Shown: positions 27,547-37,419 of the stretch, one piece after another
Layout: each line of letters opens with the position of its first letter
Position numbering within the stretch: position 1 is the stretch's first letter
Source: Verrucomicrobiota bacterium
GTDB lineage: Bacteria > Verrucomicrobiota > Verrucomicrobiia > Limisphaerales > UBA11358
NCBI GenBank assembly: GCA_050010435.1
Contig: JBEKKZ010000002.1
Span: forward strand, 64-64,063
DNA length: 64,000 nt
Direction of reading: 5' to 3'
Made by a program: the position numbers and the translations under genes
Notes under the pieces: model-generated
The model's database searches: none
The model's input: the letters and a program-made list of their open reading frames with translations, nothing else
What the model was told of the DNA's origin: nothing

Positions 27547-27995
27547 CCGCCATGCCCGATCTCCTGCAACTGGCCCTCACGTCGCTGCCTCACGGCCCGG
27601 AATTCCGCTTCGTGGACCGGCTGCTGAGTTTGACTCCCGGAAAGGAAGGCGTGGGCGAATACCGGGTCCGCGGCGACGAATATTACCTGCGCGGCCATCT
27701 GCCCGGCGAGCCGATCCTGCCCGGCGTGCTCCTGGTTGAAGCGGGCGCGCAGGTGGCCGGAATGGTGGCGCAGGAGGATCCCGCCAATCCGTCCCTGCCG
27801 CGGCTGAAGCTGACCGCGCTGCGGGGAGTCAAAATCTTCGGTTCCGCCCGGCCCGGGCAAACCCTCACCATCGAAGCCACCATCACCGGCCGGCTGGGCC
27901 TGATGGTTCAGGCCAAAGTTTCCGCCTCCATCTCGGGCGTCAAAGTAATGTCCGCGGAGCTCACCTTGAGCGGCACGAACAAAGGGGTCCATTGA
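27543..27995 (+). CDS. 3-hydroxyacyl-ACP dehydratase (FabZ family)
   Basis: LPHGPEFRFVD, GHLPGEPILPGVLLVEAGAQ hot-dog motifs. Confidence 0.9.
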   Translation: MTAMPDLLQLALTSLPHGPEFRFVDRLLSLTPGKEGVGEYRVRGDEYYLRGHLPGEPILPGVLLVEAGAQVAGMVAQEDPANPSLPRLKLTALRGVKIFGSARPGQTLTIEATITGRLGLMVQAKVSASISGVKVMSAELTLSGTNKGVH

Positions 27996-28316
27996 CACTT
28001 TTCGCCTCTGCGGGTTATTTTTTCTGGCATGGCCCGTAAATTTCGCGTCCAATACCTTGGGCGATTTACCACGTCATGAATCGACGGCCGTATGAACACG
28101 GCGGAACAAGAGAAAGGTAAAAAAATGCCAAAGTTAAGACTTTTTTGGAGAAAGGCTTGCCACCCGCCGGGGAGAGTTATACAAAGCGCCCGGGCTGTAA
28201 CACCGAGGGCTCACGAGTTTTGGGTGAAAGGAGCCGCGAAGGGTGATGGTTGGGGCGGACGACATGTCCTTGGTGAAGTGGCGGAAATGACAACGAGAAG
28301 CTGAGAAAAAACCAAT

Positions 28317-29018
28317 ATGAAAACAAACCACATGTTTCAAGGATGGATAAAAAACACGGTGCGACTGGGCTTGGTGGGCGGCTTGAGCCTGCTGATGGGC
28401 TATGCCTCCAGTTCCATGGCGCAAACGACACAAACAAACCAAACGACGCAACCGAAGCAAAAGGAAAAGAAGAACAAAGTGCCGCCGTTGCCGGAAGGCG
28501 TCAAATTGCACAAGGACCAAAACATCCAGGGCGTCTGGCTGGCAGACGGCTTCAACTTCAAGGGCTACCAGACGCTTTACATCGCGCCCACCGTGTTCGC
28601 CGCCGTCGAACGCGACAACGAGATTGACATCCGCGAAATGGCCATGCAGTTGGTTCCCGAACAGCTGGCGACCCAGCTCCGCGACACCAAGGTCTTCGCC
28701 AATGTCACCACCAACAGTGCTGACATGAAGCCCGGTACCAAGTCGCTCAAACTGGAAAACACCATCATTGAATACTCCAAAGGCAGCGCTGCCGGACGGG
28801 AATTTGGCTACCATATCGGCGGCCAGCCCAACATCAAGGTGCGGGGCCAGATCTACGACGGCGACAAGCTCGTGTGCGTCTTTGAAATCAAGCGCAGCGG
28901 CGTGGGCGCCGAAGCCAGGATGAGCGGCGGCGGGATGAGCAGCGAGGAAATCCAGCGCAACGACATCCGTGTCCTGGCCCGCGACGTGGCTTCTTTTGTC
29001 CGGCGCACGGCGGAGTAG
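28317..29018 (+). CDS. Secreted hypothetical protein (DUF4410-like)
   Basis: Signal peptide; LKLENTIIEYSKGSAAGR...GG motif; strong coding bias. Confidence 0.75.
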   Translation: MKTNHMFQGWIKNTVRLGLVGGLSLLMGYASSSMAQTTQTNQTTQPKQKEKKNKVPPLPEGVKLHKDQNIQGVWLADGFNFKGYQTLYIAPTVFAAVERDNEIDIREMAMQLVPEQLATQLRDTKVFANVTTNSADMKPGTKSLKLENTIIEYSKGSAAGREFGYHIGGQPNIKVRGQIYDGDKLVCVFEIKRSGVGAEARMSGGGMSSEEIQRNDIRVLARDVASFVRRTAE

Positions 29019-29058
29019 GTTCCGCGGGGAGCACACGCAAGAGCGCGAACCGGATTTT

Positions 29059-29110
29059 GGTAGGGACGGCGCGCTGCGCCGTCCGGGCATCGCAGCGCGA
29101 TGCCCCTACC
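29059..29110. repeat. GTAG-type REP doublet
   Basis: GGTAGGGACGGCGCGCTGCGCCGTCC-GGGCATCGCAGCGCGATGCCCCTACC. Confidence 0.8.
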
Positions 29111-29262
29111 TTCAGTTCGTCAGCGCCCTGCCCAACAATTCTTTACCCGGCATTCTGTGGTAATGCTGATTGGTCTGCCGACAGGATGTCGGCAGCACGT
29201 TGCCACAGCGATGCATCCAGTCTGGTTTTCCCAACCGTCCGCCGCTAATTTCTGCGGCAGAC

Positions 29263-29997
29263 ATGACGGCGCCCACCGAACCTCGTGCCCGCTCCTTTCG
29301 GTTTGAGCGGGACACCTTCACTTTTGCCAACGAACTGGTCTGGCAGTATCGCTTCGATCCGGCGACCGGGGCGATGAGTGTTTCTCCCTGTGATCCGCCC
29401 CCCGTTTATACCCATCGTTGTTTCGTGATGGTCAGGTCGGCGCGGCAGTTTCTTTATCATGCCCGTTTCGAACCGGGCCGGCCCGCGGCGGACGCGGAAA
29501 CCTATCGCCGGCTCATCCGCCAGGTCGTCTCGCGCAATCCCCGCCGGGCGAGCGCGGAATCGGAGCGGATCGTGATTCCCGGTTACGACGGTCTGCGTGC
29601 CTTCAGCCAGGCGCATGAATCCCTGCTCAAGGCGGAATGCGGCGGCCCGTGGCAATCCTATTTTGTGCGCAGCCACTGGCGCATGGTCTTTATGGTTCCG
29701 GCGTGGCACCAGGAGCGGATGGCTCAACAACTGCGGGAACGGGTGCGCCAGGGCGCGGTGCCCGCCGTGCATCTCTTCCGGTTTCCCCGCATCACCATCA
29801 ACCACGGTCTCGTGTTGTTCGGACTCTCGGAGTCGGAGCAGGACCTCCAGTTTGAGGCCTACGATCCGAACCTGCCGGCGCATCCGGTCAAACTCATCTA
29901 CGACCGGGCGGCAAGGAGGTTTAATTTTCCGCCGACCAGCTACTGGGCGGGGGGCAGGGTGAAGGTTGTTGAGATCTTTCGTGGCGGGCTGTACTAA
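29263..29997 (+). CDS. Hypothetical protein, possible papain-like Cys-His-Asp enzyme
   Basis: THRCFVM ... INHGLVLFG ... FEAYDPN spacing; start at MTAPTEP assumed. Confidence 0.7.
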   Translation: MTAPTEPRARSFRFERDTFTFANELVWQYRFDPATGAMSVSPCDPPPVYTHRCFVMVRSARQFLYHARFEPGRPAADAETYRRLIRQVVSRNPRRASAESERIVIPGYDGLRAFSQAHESLLKAECGGPWQSYFVRSHWRMVFMVPAWHQERMAQQLRERVRQGAVPAVHLFRFPRITINHGLVLFGLSESEQDLQFEAYDPNLPAHPVKLIYDRAARRFNFPPTSYWAGGRVKVVEIFRGGLY

Positions 29998-30000
29998 ATT

Positions 30001-30098
30001 CGGAGTGCGGAGTGCGAAGTTTGGGTCTGCTGGCAAACCCTGAACCAACTTGATTAGATTGCCCCCATTCCGCATTCCGCACTCCGCGTTCCGCACTC
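30001..30098. repeat. Inverted heptamer arrays (CGGAGTG)n ... (CACTCCG/CATTCCG)n
   Basis: CGGAGTGCGGAGTGCG ... CCGCATTCCGCACTCCGCGTTCCGCACTCC between convergent genes. Confidence 0.8.
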
Positions 30099-30104
30099 CT
30101 GACG

Positions 30105-30455
30105 TCACCGCTTTCGCGGCCGCCAGAAAGCGACGCCAAAGAACACCGTGCCGCACATATTGATACCTAAAAGAAAGCCGATGTTATAGCCCCGTCCGGT
30201 GTTGTTTGGCGCATAAATCGGGAGATCCTTTCCCATCAGCAGGGACGGCATGGCAGCGGGCATCAAGGTCCCCTCCACGACTCCGGTATGGAAGCCGGCG
30301 ATCCGTGTGGGGCTGTAGAGCCGGGTTGCCGCCCAGCCATGGCCCAACCCCAAAAGCGCCCCCAATAAAATCAGGATGACGATTTTCACCACCACTTCCT
30401 TCACCCACGGGCGTGAGACGCAGGTAGCGGTTTGGTTTGGTTCAGGCATTTCCAT
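30105..30455 (-). CDS. Small membrane protein
   Basis: 116-aa ORF with hydrophobic helices; IYAPNNTGRGYNIGF. Confidence 0.7.
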   Translation of the reverse strand: MEMPEPNQTATCVSRPWVKEVVVKIVILILLGALLGLGHGWAATRLYSPTRIAGFHTGVVEGTLMPAAMPSLLMGKDLPIYAPNNTGRGYNIGFLLGINMCGTVFFGVAFWRPRKR

Positions 30456-30504
30456 GCGGCATAACTCTTCCAGAAAACCGCCCCGCGAAGCAAGCAGATT
30501 AGCG

Positions 30505-30717
30505 GCAGTGGGTCGGTTTGAGCCAAAATGGTGGAGCGGATGGAGAGAGAAATGACTAAATCCTAAATCCGAATGACTAAATAATTTCCAATGACCAAAT
30601 GACCAACACGTTGGCCCGGCTGCTTATTCGAGCTTCGGGCTTCTTTCGTCATTATGGTTTAGTCATTCGTCATTCCGTGGAGCGGCATGGTTTAGTCATT
30701 CATCTTTGGACACAGAT
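30505..30717 (+). repeat. ~210-bp AATGAC-rich repeat element, copy A
   Basis: Aligns with the reverse complement of 32207-32439 and 55291-55489 (e.g. GGCTGCTTATTCG.GCTT.GGGCTTCTTTCGTCAT.ATGGTTTAG). Confidence 0.85.
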
Positions 30718-30843
30718 AGCGCGGGCGTTTTCCGGCTTGCTCCCTGACGGTACTTGGGCGAGTCTGGAGCAGGCATGGGCTCCCGAATCGCAAGCCCGGC
30801 AAACGATAAAAACATCAAGCGCAGGAGTGACGCCAGACCCGGC

Positions 30844-32169
30844 ATGAGCCACCAGCTTCTCATCATCCAGCCGTCCTACTATCGCTCCAAGGCGGACCGC
30901 GCCGTGTTCAAGGCCCGCCACCGGAGCGTGGTGCCGTTGACCTTGCCCTACTTGGCTGCCCTCACCCCGGCGGACTGGAACGTCACGCTCCTGGATGAAC
31001 AACTGGACCCGGTCCCGTTTGACCGGCGCTTCGACCTCGTCGCCATCAGCTCCTCCACGCTCAACTCGTTCCGCGCCTATGACATCGCGGACGAATTTCG
31101 CCGGCGCGGCGTGCCCGTCATGCTGGGCGGCCCCCACACCTTTTTCCACGCCGCCGAGGCGGGGGAACATTGCGACGCGGTCGGCGTCGGCGAAGGCGAG
31201 TCCATCTGGCTGCGCATGCTGGAGGACGCCCGGGGCGGGCGGTTGAACCGGTTGTACCGGGCCGACCCGCTGCCGGACCTGGCCGGCCTGCCGCTGCCGC
31301 GTTACGACCTGCTGGACCTGCGGCGTTACCGCCCGTTCCGGACCTTTGCCGTCACCTCATCGCGGGGCTGTCCGTTCCATTGTGAATTCTGCTCCGAACG
31401 GTTCCTGCTGGGCGAGCACTACCGTTGCCGGCCGGTGCCGGAGGTCATCGCGGAAATCCGGCATTGCCGCTCGCGCAGCATTTTTTTCGGCGACAGCAAT
31501 TTTGGCGGCAAGCGGAGCCACGCGATGGAACTGATGGAGGCGATGATCCCGCTCCGGTTGCGCTGGTCGGCGCTCTGGTCATCGTATCTCTGCAACGACG
31601 CGCCCTTCATGGACCTGGCCCAGCGGAGCGGCCTGTTGCACGTGAACATCGGCGTTGAGAGCATCAACGCGGATACGCTCGAGGGCATGAACAAGCGGTT
31701 TAACAAGGTCACCAAATACGGCGAAATGCTGGCCGGCCTCCGCCGCCGCGGCATCAGCTATTCCCTGAATTTCATTTTCGGCTGGGACGGCGAGACCGAA
31801 AGCGCCTTCGACGCCACGCTCAAGTTCCTCCAGGACCACAAGGCCCCGGTCGCCTACTTCAACATTCTCACGCCGGTGAAAGGCACGCCGCTCTACGACC
31901 GGATGCGAAGCGAAGGCCGGATTTTCAATGACCAGGAAATCGACCGCTGGCCGGGCCAGATTTGTTACATCCGGCCGCCGTACGGAACGCCCGGGTCCAT
32001 GGAAAACGACATTCGCCGGCTGTACCGGGACTTCTACAGCCTGCCGTCCATGGTGTCCCGTCTGCCCCTGCCCCTGACCCAGGCGAGCATCGCCTCGTGG
32101 GTCATTAATTTTTCCCAGCGCCGGATGGCCCGGGCCGAACAATTGCAAAATAATTTTGACGGCTTCTGA
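30844..32169 (+). CDS. B12-binding radical SAM protein
   Basis: PLTLPYLAALTP, GGPH, SRGCPFHCEFC, IGVES, ILTPVKGTPLY. Confidence 0.92.
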   Translation: MSHQLLIIQPSYYRSKADRAVFKARHRSVVPLTLPYLAALTPADWNVTLLDEQLDPVPFDRRFDLVAISSSTLNSFRAYDIADEFRRRGVPVMLGGPHTFFHAAEAGEHCDAVGVGEGESIWLRMLEDARGGRLNRLYRADPLPDLAGLPLPRYDLLDLRRYRPFRTFAVTSSRGCPFHCEFCSERFLLGEHYRCRPVPEVIAEIRHCRSRSIFFGDSNFGGKRSHAMELMEAMIPLRLRWSALWSSYLCNDAPFMDLAQRSGLLHVNIGVESINADTLEGMNKRFNKVTKYGEMLAGLRRRGISYSLNFIFGWDGETESAFDATLKFLQDHKAPVAYFNILTPVKGTPLYDRMRSEGRIFNDQEIDRWPGQICYIRPPYGTPGSMENDIRRLYRDFYSLPSMVSRLPLPLTQASIASWVINFSQRRMARAEQLQNNFDGF

Positions 32170-32206
32170 TGACGGGGACAGGGCAGAAATGTCCTTGCGA
32201 AAGGCA

Positions 32207-32439
32207 AATCTGCGTCGAATAACGAATGACTAAACCATGCCGCGTTGCGGAATGACTAATTCCTAAACCATGATGACGAAAGAAGCCCAAAGCCCGAATA
32301 AGCAGCCTGACCGGCGCGTTGGTCATTGAGTCATTTGGAAATTCTTTAGTGATTATGGTTTAGGGCTTAGGGTTTTTGCCTGGGAATCAGGGCTTCGGTC
32401 TCCGTCAGCCGCCATCTTTCATCAAACTGACCCTCTGCC
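32207..32439 (-). repeat. ~210-bp AATGAC-rich repeat element, copy B (inverted relative to A)
   Basis: Reverse complement matches 30505-30717. Confidence 0.85.
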
Positions 32440-32563
32440 TCCGAGCTTCCATGCTTGACGCCATCTCCCGGTGCAGGTCATAATTGCGGGCATGAGCAGA
32501 GACGATAATTATTTCTCCGGCGGTCAGAAAAGACCGCAACTCCGTCGCCGGCCGGACTGATGT

Positions 32564-32839
32564 ATGACTTCACAGAAGGATTCCAAAACCATTGCCGAGC
32601 AACTCTGTCAGTTTGCCCGGAAGAACTATGTAGCCGACGGAGCGGATTTTGATGAAAACAGCCCCCTGGCCAAGGCCGGCATTGATTCGTTTGCACTGGT
32701 CGAGCTGCTGCTCTACTGCGAGCGCACTTTTGGCGTCAGCGTGCCGGATTCCCACCTGACGGGCAAAAACCTGGCTTCCGTGACTACGCTGGCCAACTGC
32801 ATCGCCGAGCTGGCCCGCAACAACCACTCTTCACCCTGA
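32564..32839 (+). CDS. Acyl/peptidyl carrier protein
   Basis: GIDSFALVELL phosphopantetheine motif, 91 aa. Confidence 0.9.
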   Translation: MTSQKDSKTIAEQLCQFARKNYVADGADFDENSPLAKAGIDSFALVELLLYCERTFGVSVPDSHLTGKNLASVTTLANCIAELARNNHSSP

Positions 32840-32860
32840 GCGCCGGGGTGACCATTGTTC

Positions 32861-34195
32861 ATGCCTGACGCGCCCCGCCAGATTCGATTGGCCGCTGGTG
32901 ACTACTACATGCACGGCCAGGACCACAAGCTGCGGCGGGCCGGGCTGCCGGGTTATATCTGCCGCGTGGCCCTCCGGTTGGAGGACGGTCTGGATGTGGA
33001 CCGGTTGCGCCGGCGCGTGGAAACTTCGCCGGTCCTGGACTGGCTGGCCCGCGTGCGTCTCACCCGTCCGCTGCCGGTCTTCCCCCCGCTCTGGCGCACG
33101 TCGTCGCGGCCCGGCCCGATCTTTTTCGAACACAATCATCAGGATGGCAACGGGGACGGGCCTGGCGTGCTGCCGCCGGCGGTCCTCGAACGCGACCTGC
33201 AAGCCAGCCGGGGGCCGGGGCTGGCGTTCGACCTGGTGCGGCACGCCGACGGGACCCGGCACCTGGTTTTCTCCTGGAACCATGCGCTGATGGATGCGCG
33301 CGGCGCGGAATTGATCTGGCTGCATCTGAACGACGGCAACGGGGGAAACGGAGCGCCCTCCCTCGAGGACCTGATCCATCCTAAACAACGGGGCGGGAGC
33401 CTGGCCGAATGGTGGCGCAACGTGAAGCTGGCGCGCGGCTCGGTGGAATGGCTTCGCAAGTCCGGGAGCGAACCGCTTTTCTCGCTGCTGCCGGAAAAAC
33501 GCACGGCCGGCCCGCATCGCAACCAGTACCGCATCGTGACCTTCAGCGCGGAGGAAACGGCGCGCATCGCGGCCCGTTGCGAGCGCCTCAACGCCGGCTT
33601 CCGGCGCAGTCACTTCCTCCTCGCGGGCACGCTCCGGGCGCTGCACACCGTCGCCACCCGGCGCGGCAACCGGGATGGGGCCTATTTGATCCCCGTGGCG
33701 CATGACACGCGCCGCCGCGGCGCCAAGGGCCCCATTTTCTCAAATCATCTCTCCATCCTGTTCTTCCGCATCGAACCCCAACAGGCCGGCAGCCTGACCA
33801 GCATCATCAGCGAACTGTCCCGCCAGATGATGGACCAGATCCGCACCCGGTTTCCGGAGTCGTGCATGGCGGCGCTGGAAATGTTCAAGCCGCTGCCGCT
33901 GAACTACTACATGCACCACCTGGGACTGCCCACCCGCGGCAAGTTCGCCACCCTCTGCTTTTCGGATTCGGGCGAGACCTGCGCCGGGATGACCGAGATG
34001 CTGGGCGGACGGATCCGGGCGGTTGACCATCTGGTGCCGACCTGGTGGCCGCCGGGGTTGACCGTGGTGTTCTGGAGTTTCAGCGGGCGGCTTTCGGTTC
34101 TGCTGTCGTGGGTGGGTGACTGCCTGAGCGTGTCCGAGGTGGATGCGCTGGAACAGGGCCTGCGCTCCGCTCTGCTCGAGGAGGCGGTGTCATGA
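32861..34195 (+). CDS. Stand-alone condensation-domain-like / CoA-dependent acyltransferase
   Basis: WNHALMDARG (HHxxxDG-like) motif; ~445 aa; adjacent to the carrier protein. Confidence 0.75.
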   Translation: MPDAPRQIRLAAGDYYMHGQDHKLRRAGLPGYICRVALRLEDGLDVDRLRRRVETSPVLDWLARVRLTRPLPVFPPLWRTSSRPGPIFFEHNHQDGNGDGPGVLPPAVLERDLQASRGPGLAFDLVRHADGTRHLVFSWNHALMDARGAELIWLHLNDGNGGNGAPSLEDLIHPKQRGGSLAEWWRNVKLARGSVEWLRKSGSEPLFSLLPEKRTAGPHRNQYRIVTFSAEETARIAARCERLNAGFRRSHFLLAGTLRALHTVATRRGNRDGAYLIPVAHDTRRRGAKGPIFSNHLSILFFRIEPQQAGSLTSIISELSRQMMDQIRTRFPESCMAALEMFKPLPLNYYMHHLGLPTRGKFATLCFSDSGETCAGMTEMLGGRIRAVDHLVPTWWPPGLTVVFWSFSGRLSVLLSWVGDCLSVSEVDALEQGLRSALLEEAVS

Positions 34196-35592
34196 AGGTG
34201 CTCCTGGTGGCCACAAACCGGGAACGTTCTCCCTACCCGGTGGCGCCGCTGGGAACACTGTGCGTTGCCGCCGCCGCCCGCGCGGCCGGCCATTCCGTGG
34301 ATTTTTTGGACCTGGGCCTGGCATCGTCACCGCAAAAGGCGCTGCGCCAGGCGCTGGGAAAGGGCGAATACCAGGCCGTGGCGTTCGGCATCCGCAACCT
34401 CGACAATTGCTGGGCGTTTGCGCCGAAGCTGTATTTTGACGAAGTGCGCGAACTGGCCGAAACGGTGCGGAACCATTTCAAGGGACCGTTGATCCTGGGC
34501 GGCACCGGCTTTTCTGTTTCGCCCCACGGCTGGATGAGCCGCCTCAAGGCCGAGTGCGGCGTGATCGGCGAAGGCGAACGCGCCTTCCCGGAGGTGCTCG
34601 CATGTCTGGAAGCCGGACGCCCGCTGGAGGGGATTGACGGCGTCATCACCGCGCCCAAAAGCGATGTCCCGCTTGCGCTCCTATCCGCCCGCGCGGTCGA
34701 ACGGTTGAGCGAGCTGTCGCCACCGGCCCACGACCTGTGCAACTATGCGGTGTATGAGCGGCGGGGCGGGTTCGTCGGCGTGCAAACCAAGCGCGGGTGT
34801 CCGTTCCAGTGCATCTATTGCGTCTATCCCCAACTGGAGGGACGGCGCTACCGCCTGCGCCCGCCGGAAGCGGTGGTCCGGGAAATTGAAGACGTCGCCG
34901 TCCGGTCGAAGGTGCGCCAATTTTTTTTCGTGGACAGTGTCTTTAACGACCCGCGCGAGCATGCCCTGGCCATCTGCCGCGCGCTCGGCCGCCGCCGGCT
35001 GCCGGTCCGCTGGTCGGCCTATTGCAACCCGGCGGGTTTTGATGCGGAACTGGCGCACGCGATGAAAGAAGGTGGTTGCGACGCGGTGGAGTTCGGACAG
35101 GACGTGGCTTCGGCCAAGATGCTGGCGGCGTTGCACAAGCCGTTTGGACAGGAGGAGACCCGGATTGCCCTGCAGGCGGCGCGCGATGCGGGCCTGCCGT
35201 TCGTGATTTACCTGCTGTTTGGCGGTCCGGGCGAAACGTGGGCGGACGTCGAGGAGACACAGAATTTTTTGAACGGCTGCGCGCCGGCCCACGCTGTTTT
35301 TGCCACCTTCGGCATCCGCGTCTATGAAGGCACGCCGCTGGCCCGGATCGCCGTCCGGGAAGGACAGGTGAAGCCCGACCACGACCTCTTCGAGCCGGCG
35401 TATTATCTCTCGCCCGGGCTGGCCGACCACACCATCGAGAACCTTGACCGCATCGCGCGGCGGCGCCCCGAGTGGACCTCGCCGGCGGACTGGCGCAAAC
35501 TGTCGGTCCGCTGCGGACAGAAAATAACGGTGATGTTTAAGGTGCGGCCGCAGTGGAAATACATCCGGTATTACGGCCAGTACCTGCGGTGA
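34192..35592 (+). CDS. Lipid-biosynthesis-type B12-binding radical SAM protein
   Basis: MKVLLVATNRERSPYPVAPLG, IRNLDN, QTKRGCPFQCIYCVYP.LEG, VDSVFN, LLFGGPGET; resembles the family found in ladderane-like lipid clusters. Confidence 0.9.
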   Translation: MKVLLVATNRERSPYPVAPLGTLCVAAAARAAGHSVDFLDLGLASSPQKALRQALGKGEYQAVAFGIRNLDNCWAFAPKLYFDEVRELAETVRNHFKGPLILGGTGFSVSPHGWMSRLKAECGVIGEGERAFPEVLACLEAGRPLEGIDGVITAPKSDVPLALLSARAVERLSELSPPAHDLCNYAVYERRGGFVGVQTKRGCPFQCIYCVYPQLEGRRYRLRPPEAVVREIEDVAVRSKVRQFFFVDSVFNDPREHALAICRALGRRRLPVRWSAYCNPAGFDAELAHAMKEGGCDAVEFGQDVASAKMLAALHKPFGQEETRIALQAARDAGLPFVIYLLFGGPGETWADVEETQNFLNGCAPAHAVFATFGIRVYEGTPLARIAVREGQVKPDHDLFEPAYYLSPGLADHTIENLDRIARRRPEWTSPADWRKLSVRCGQKITVMFKVRPQWKYIRYYGQYLR

Positions 35593-36881
35593 TAAAGAAC
35601 CTGACAGCCTCTCTTCCCATGCGCTCGGCCACCATTTCCTGCGACGTGCTTGTCGTCGGCGGCGGCGCGGCGGGCGTGGCGGCGGCCACCGCGGCCGGGC
35701 GGGCCGGCGCGCGGGTTGTGTTGTTGGAGCGATACGGTTTTTTGGGCGGGCTGGCCACGACCGCCCAGGTGGGCACCGTCTGCGGATTGTATCTGCGGGA
35801 CACGACGAACCCGGAAGCCTTGCCGGTCGCCGGCGGGTTTGTGCAGGAATTCGCCTCGCGGCTGCAGCGCGCCGCCGGTTGCCGGCCGATGCGGCTGGAG
35901 GCCGGCCTTTGGGTGCTGCCGTTTCCCATACCGGCCTTTGCCCGCGTGGCCGACACGGTGATCGGCGAGTCCGGAAACGTCACCGTGGTGTTGCACGCCA
36001 CGGTCGCCGAGGCGCAGGCCGAAGGCCCCTGCCTGGTCCAGGTCCGCGCCCTGGCGTGGAACGAGCCGCTGGTCGCCTGCCCCCGCACCGTCGTGGATTG
36101 CAGCGGCGAGGCGACGGCCGCTGCCCTGGCGGGCGCCGGCGTGGAAAGCGGCATTGCCGACCAGGCGCCCTCCCTGGTATTTGTGATGGAGAACATCGAT
36201 CCCGGTCTGGTGGAACGCGGCCTGCTCGAAGTTCGCCGCGAGTTGCGCCGGGCCGTCGAGGCGGGAAGTTTGCCGCCCGCCTGTGAGCGGCTTGCGCTGG
36301 TCCCCGGCATGGACCGCAACGGCCGCCTGGCCCTCAAACTCAACCTGGCCGTCGCGGAATCAAACCGCCCGCTCTGGCAGCAGGTTGCCGGCTGGGAACG
36401 CGAGGCCCGCGCGCTGGTGGATGAACTCCAGCGTTTCCTGGTCGGGAACATTGCCGCGTGCCGGAACGCGCACCTTTCCTCCATCGCCCCGCAACTCGGC
36501 ATCCGTTCCGGCCGCCGCATTCAGGGACGCGCCCGGCTGGCCGACGAGGATGTGCTGGCCGCCCGTAAATTCCCCGCCGGAATTGCCCGCGGCGCCTGGC
36601 CGATGGAGCGCTGGGGAAACGGCCCGCGGCCGGAAATGACTTTTTTCAGCGAGCGCGGCTACTATGAAATTCCCCTGGACTGTCTGCGTCCGGCGGGATT
36701 GGACAACGTACTGGCGGCCGGCCGCTGCCTTTCGGCGGCGGCGGGGGCAATGACTTCGGCCCGGGTCATCGGCACCGCACTGGCCACCGGCTGGGCGGCG
36801 GGAACCGTCGCCGCCTTTCAGGCCCTGGGCCGTCCGCTCGACGGGGCGGTGGAATTAATCCGAAAAGAAATGAACCAATAA
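35589..36881 (+). CDS. FAD-dependent oxidoreductase
   Basis: DVLVVGGGAAG...LLERYGFLGG, GIRSGRRIQG, YEIPLDCL, NVLAAGRCLS; GTGA overlap. Confidence 0.9.
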   Translation: MIKNLTASLPMRSATISCDVLVVGGGAAGVAAATAAGRAGARVVLLERYGFLGGLATTAQVGTVCGLYLRDTTNPEALPVAGGFVQEFASRLQRAAGCRPMRLEAGLWVLPFPIPAFARVADTVIGESGNVTVVLHATVAEAQAEGPCLVQVRALAWNEPLVACPRTVVDCSGEATAAALAGAGVESGIADQAPSLVFVMENIDPGLVERGLLEVRRELRRAVEAGSLPPACERLALVPGMDRNGRLALKLNLAVAESNRPLWQQVAGWEREARALVDELQRFLVGNIAACRNAHLSSIAPQLGIRSGRRIQGRARLADEDVLAARKFPAGIARGAWPMERWGNGPRPEMTFFSERGYYEIPLDCLRPAGLDNVLAAGRCLSAAAGAMTSARVIGTALATGWAAGTVAAFQALGRPLDGAVELIRKEMNQ

Positions 36882-36894
36882 ACGGAATGAAACC

Positions 36895-37016
36895 AGATTA
36901 AGATTAAGAGAAAGATTAAGATTAGGATTAAAATTTGGATCGAGCCCCGCCAATCTTAATCATAATCTTACTCTTAATTTTGCTCTTAATCATAATCTTA
37001 ATCATAATCCTAATCC
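36895..37016. repeat. Hexamer arrays (AAGATT)n then (AATCTT/AATCAT)n upstream of the four-helix-bundle gene
   Basis: Directly visible tandem hexamers. Confidence 0.9.
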
Positions 37017-37020
37017 CCCC

Positions 37021-37419
37021 ATGAAAATCTACTTTGACCACGAGAAGCTCGAAGCTTACAAGAAGGCGCTCGCGTTTGCCCAATGGGCCGAGGCGATTTT
37101 GGAGCGTATCCCCAAGTCTGCCGCCGTCCACAACCAGCTTGACCGGGCGCGAACGTCAATCGTGCTGAACATTCCTGAGGGCAACGGCCGGTTCACCCCG
37201 GCCGATCGCTGCAAGTTCTTCGACATCGCGCGCGGCTCGGGGTTGGAATCCGCCGGTTGCCTGGACCTTGTCTTTATCAAGAAACTGCTCTCGGAGGCGG
37301 AATTGGACGAGGGCAAAACCCTGCTCAAGGACATTGTCTCTCTGCTGGTCGGATTGATTCGGAGCAACTCGCCGGACCGGATGCACGACGATACAGTTGA
37401 GTATCGCGTGAGAGATTAA
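37021..37419 (+). CDS. Four helix bundle protein (23S rRNA intervening-sequence protein family)
   Basis: FDHEKLEAYKKA, NQLDRARTSIVLNIPEGNGR, FFDIARGSGLESAGCLD. Confidence 0.92.
   Translation: MKIYFDHEKLEAYKKALAFAQWAEAILERIPKSAAVHNQLDRARTSIVLNIPEGNGRFTPADRCKFFDIARGSGLESAGCLDLVFIKKLLSEAELDEGKTLLKDIVSLLVGLIRSNSPDRMHDDTVEYRVRD

Noticed and set aside
28060-28310. Possible riboswitch or ncRNA upstream of the DUF4410-like gene
   Set aside because: No recognisable conserved aptamer motif by eye; an Rfam scan would be needed
37021-37419. Diversity-generating retroelement (Avd-like gene)
   Set aside because: No reverse transcriptase or TR/VR pair in the window
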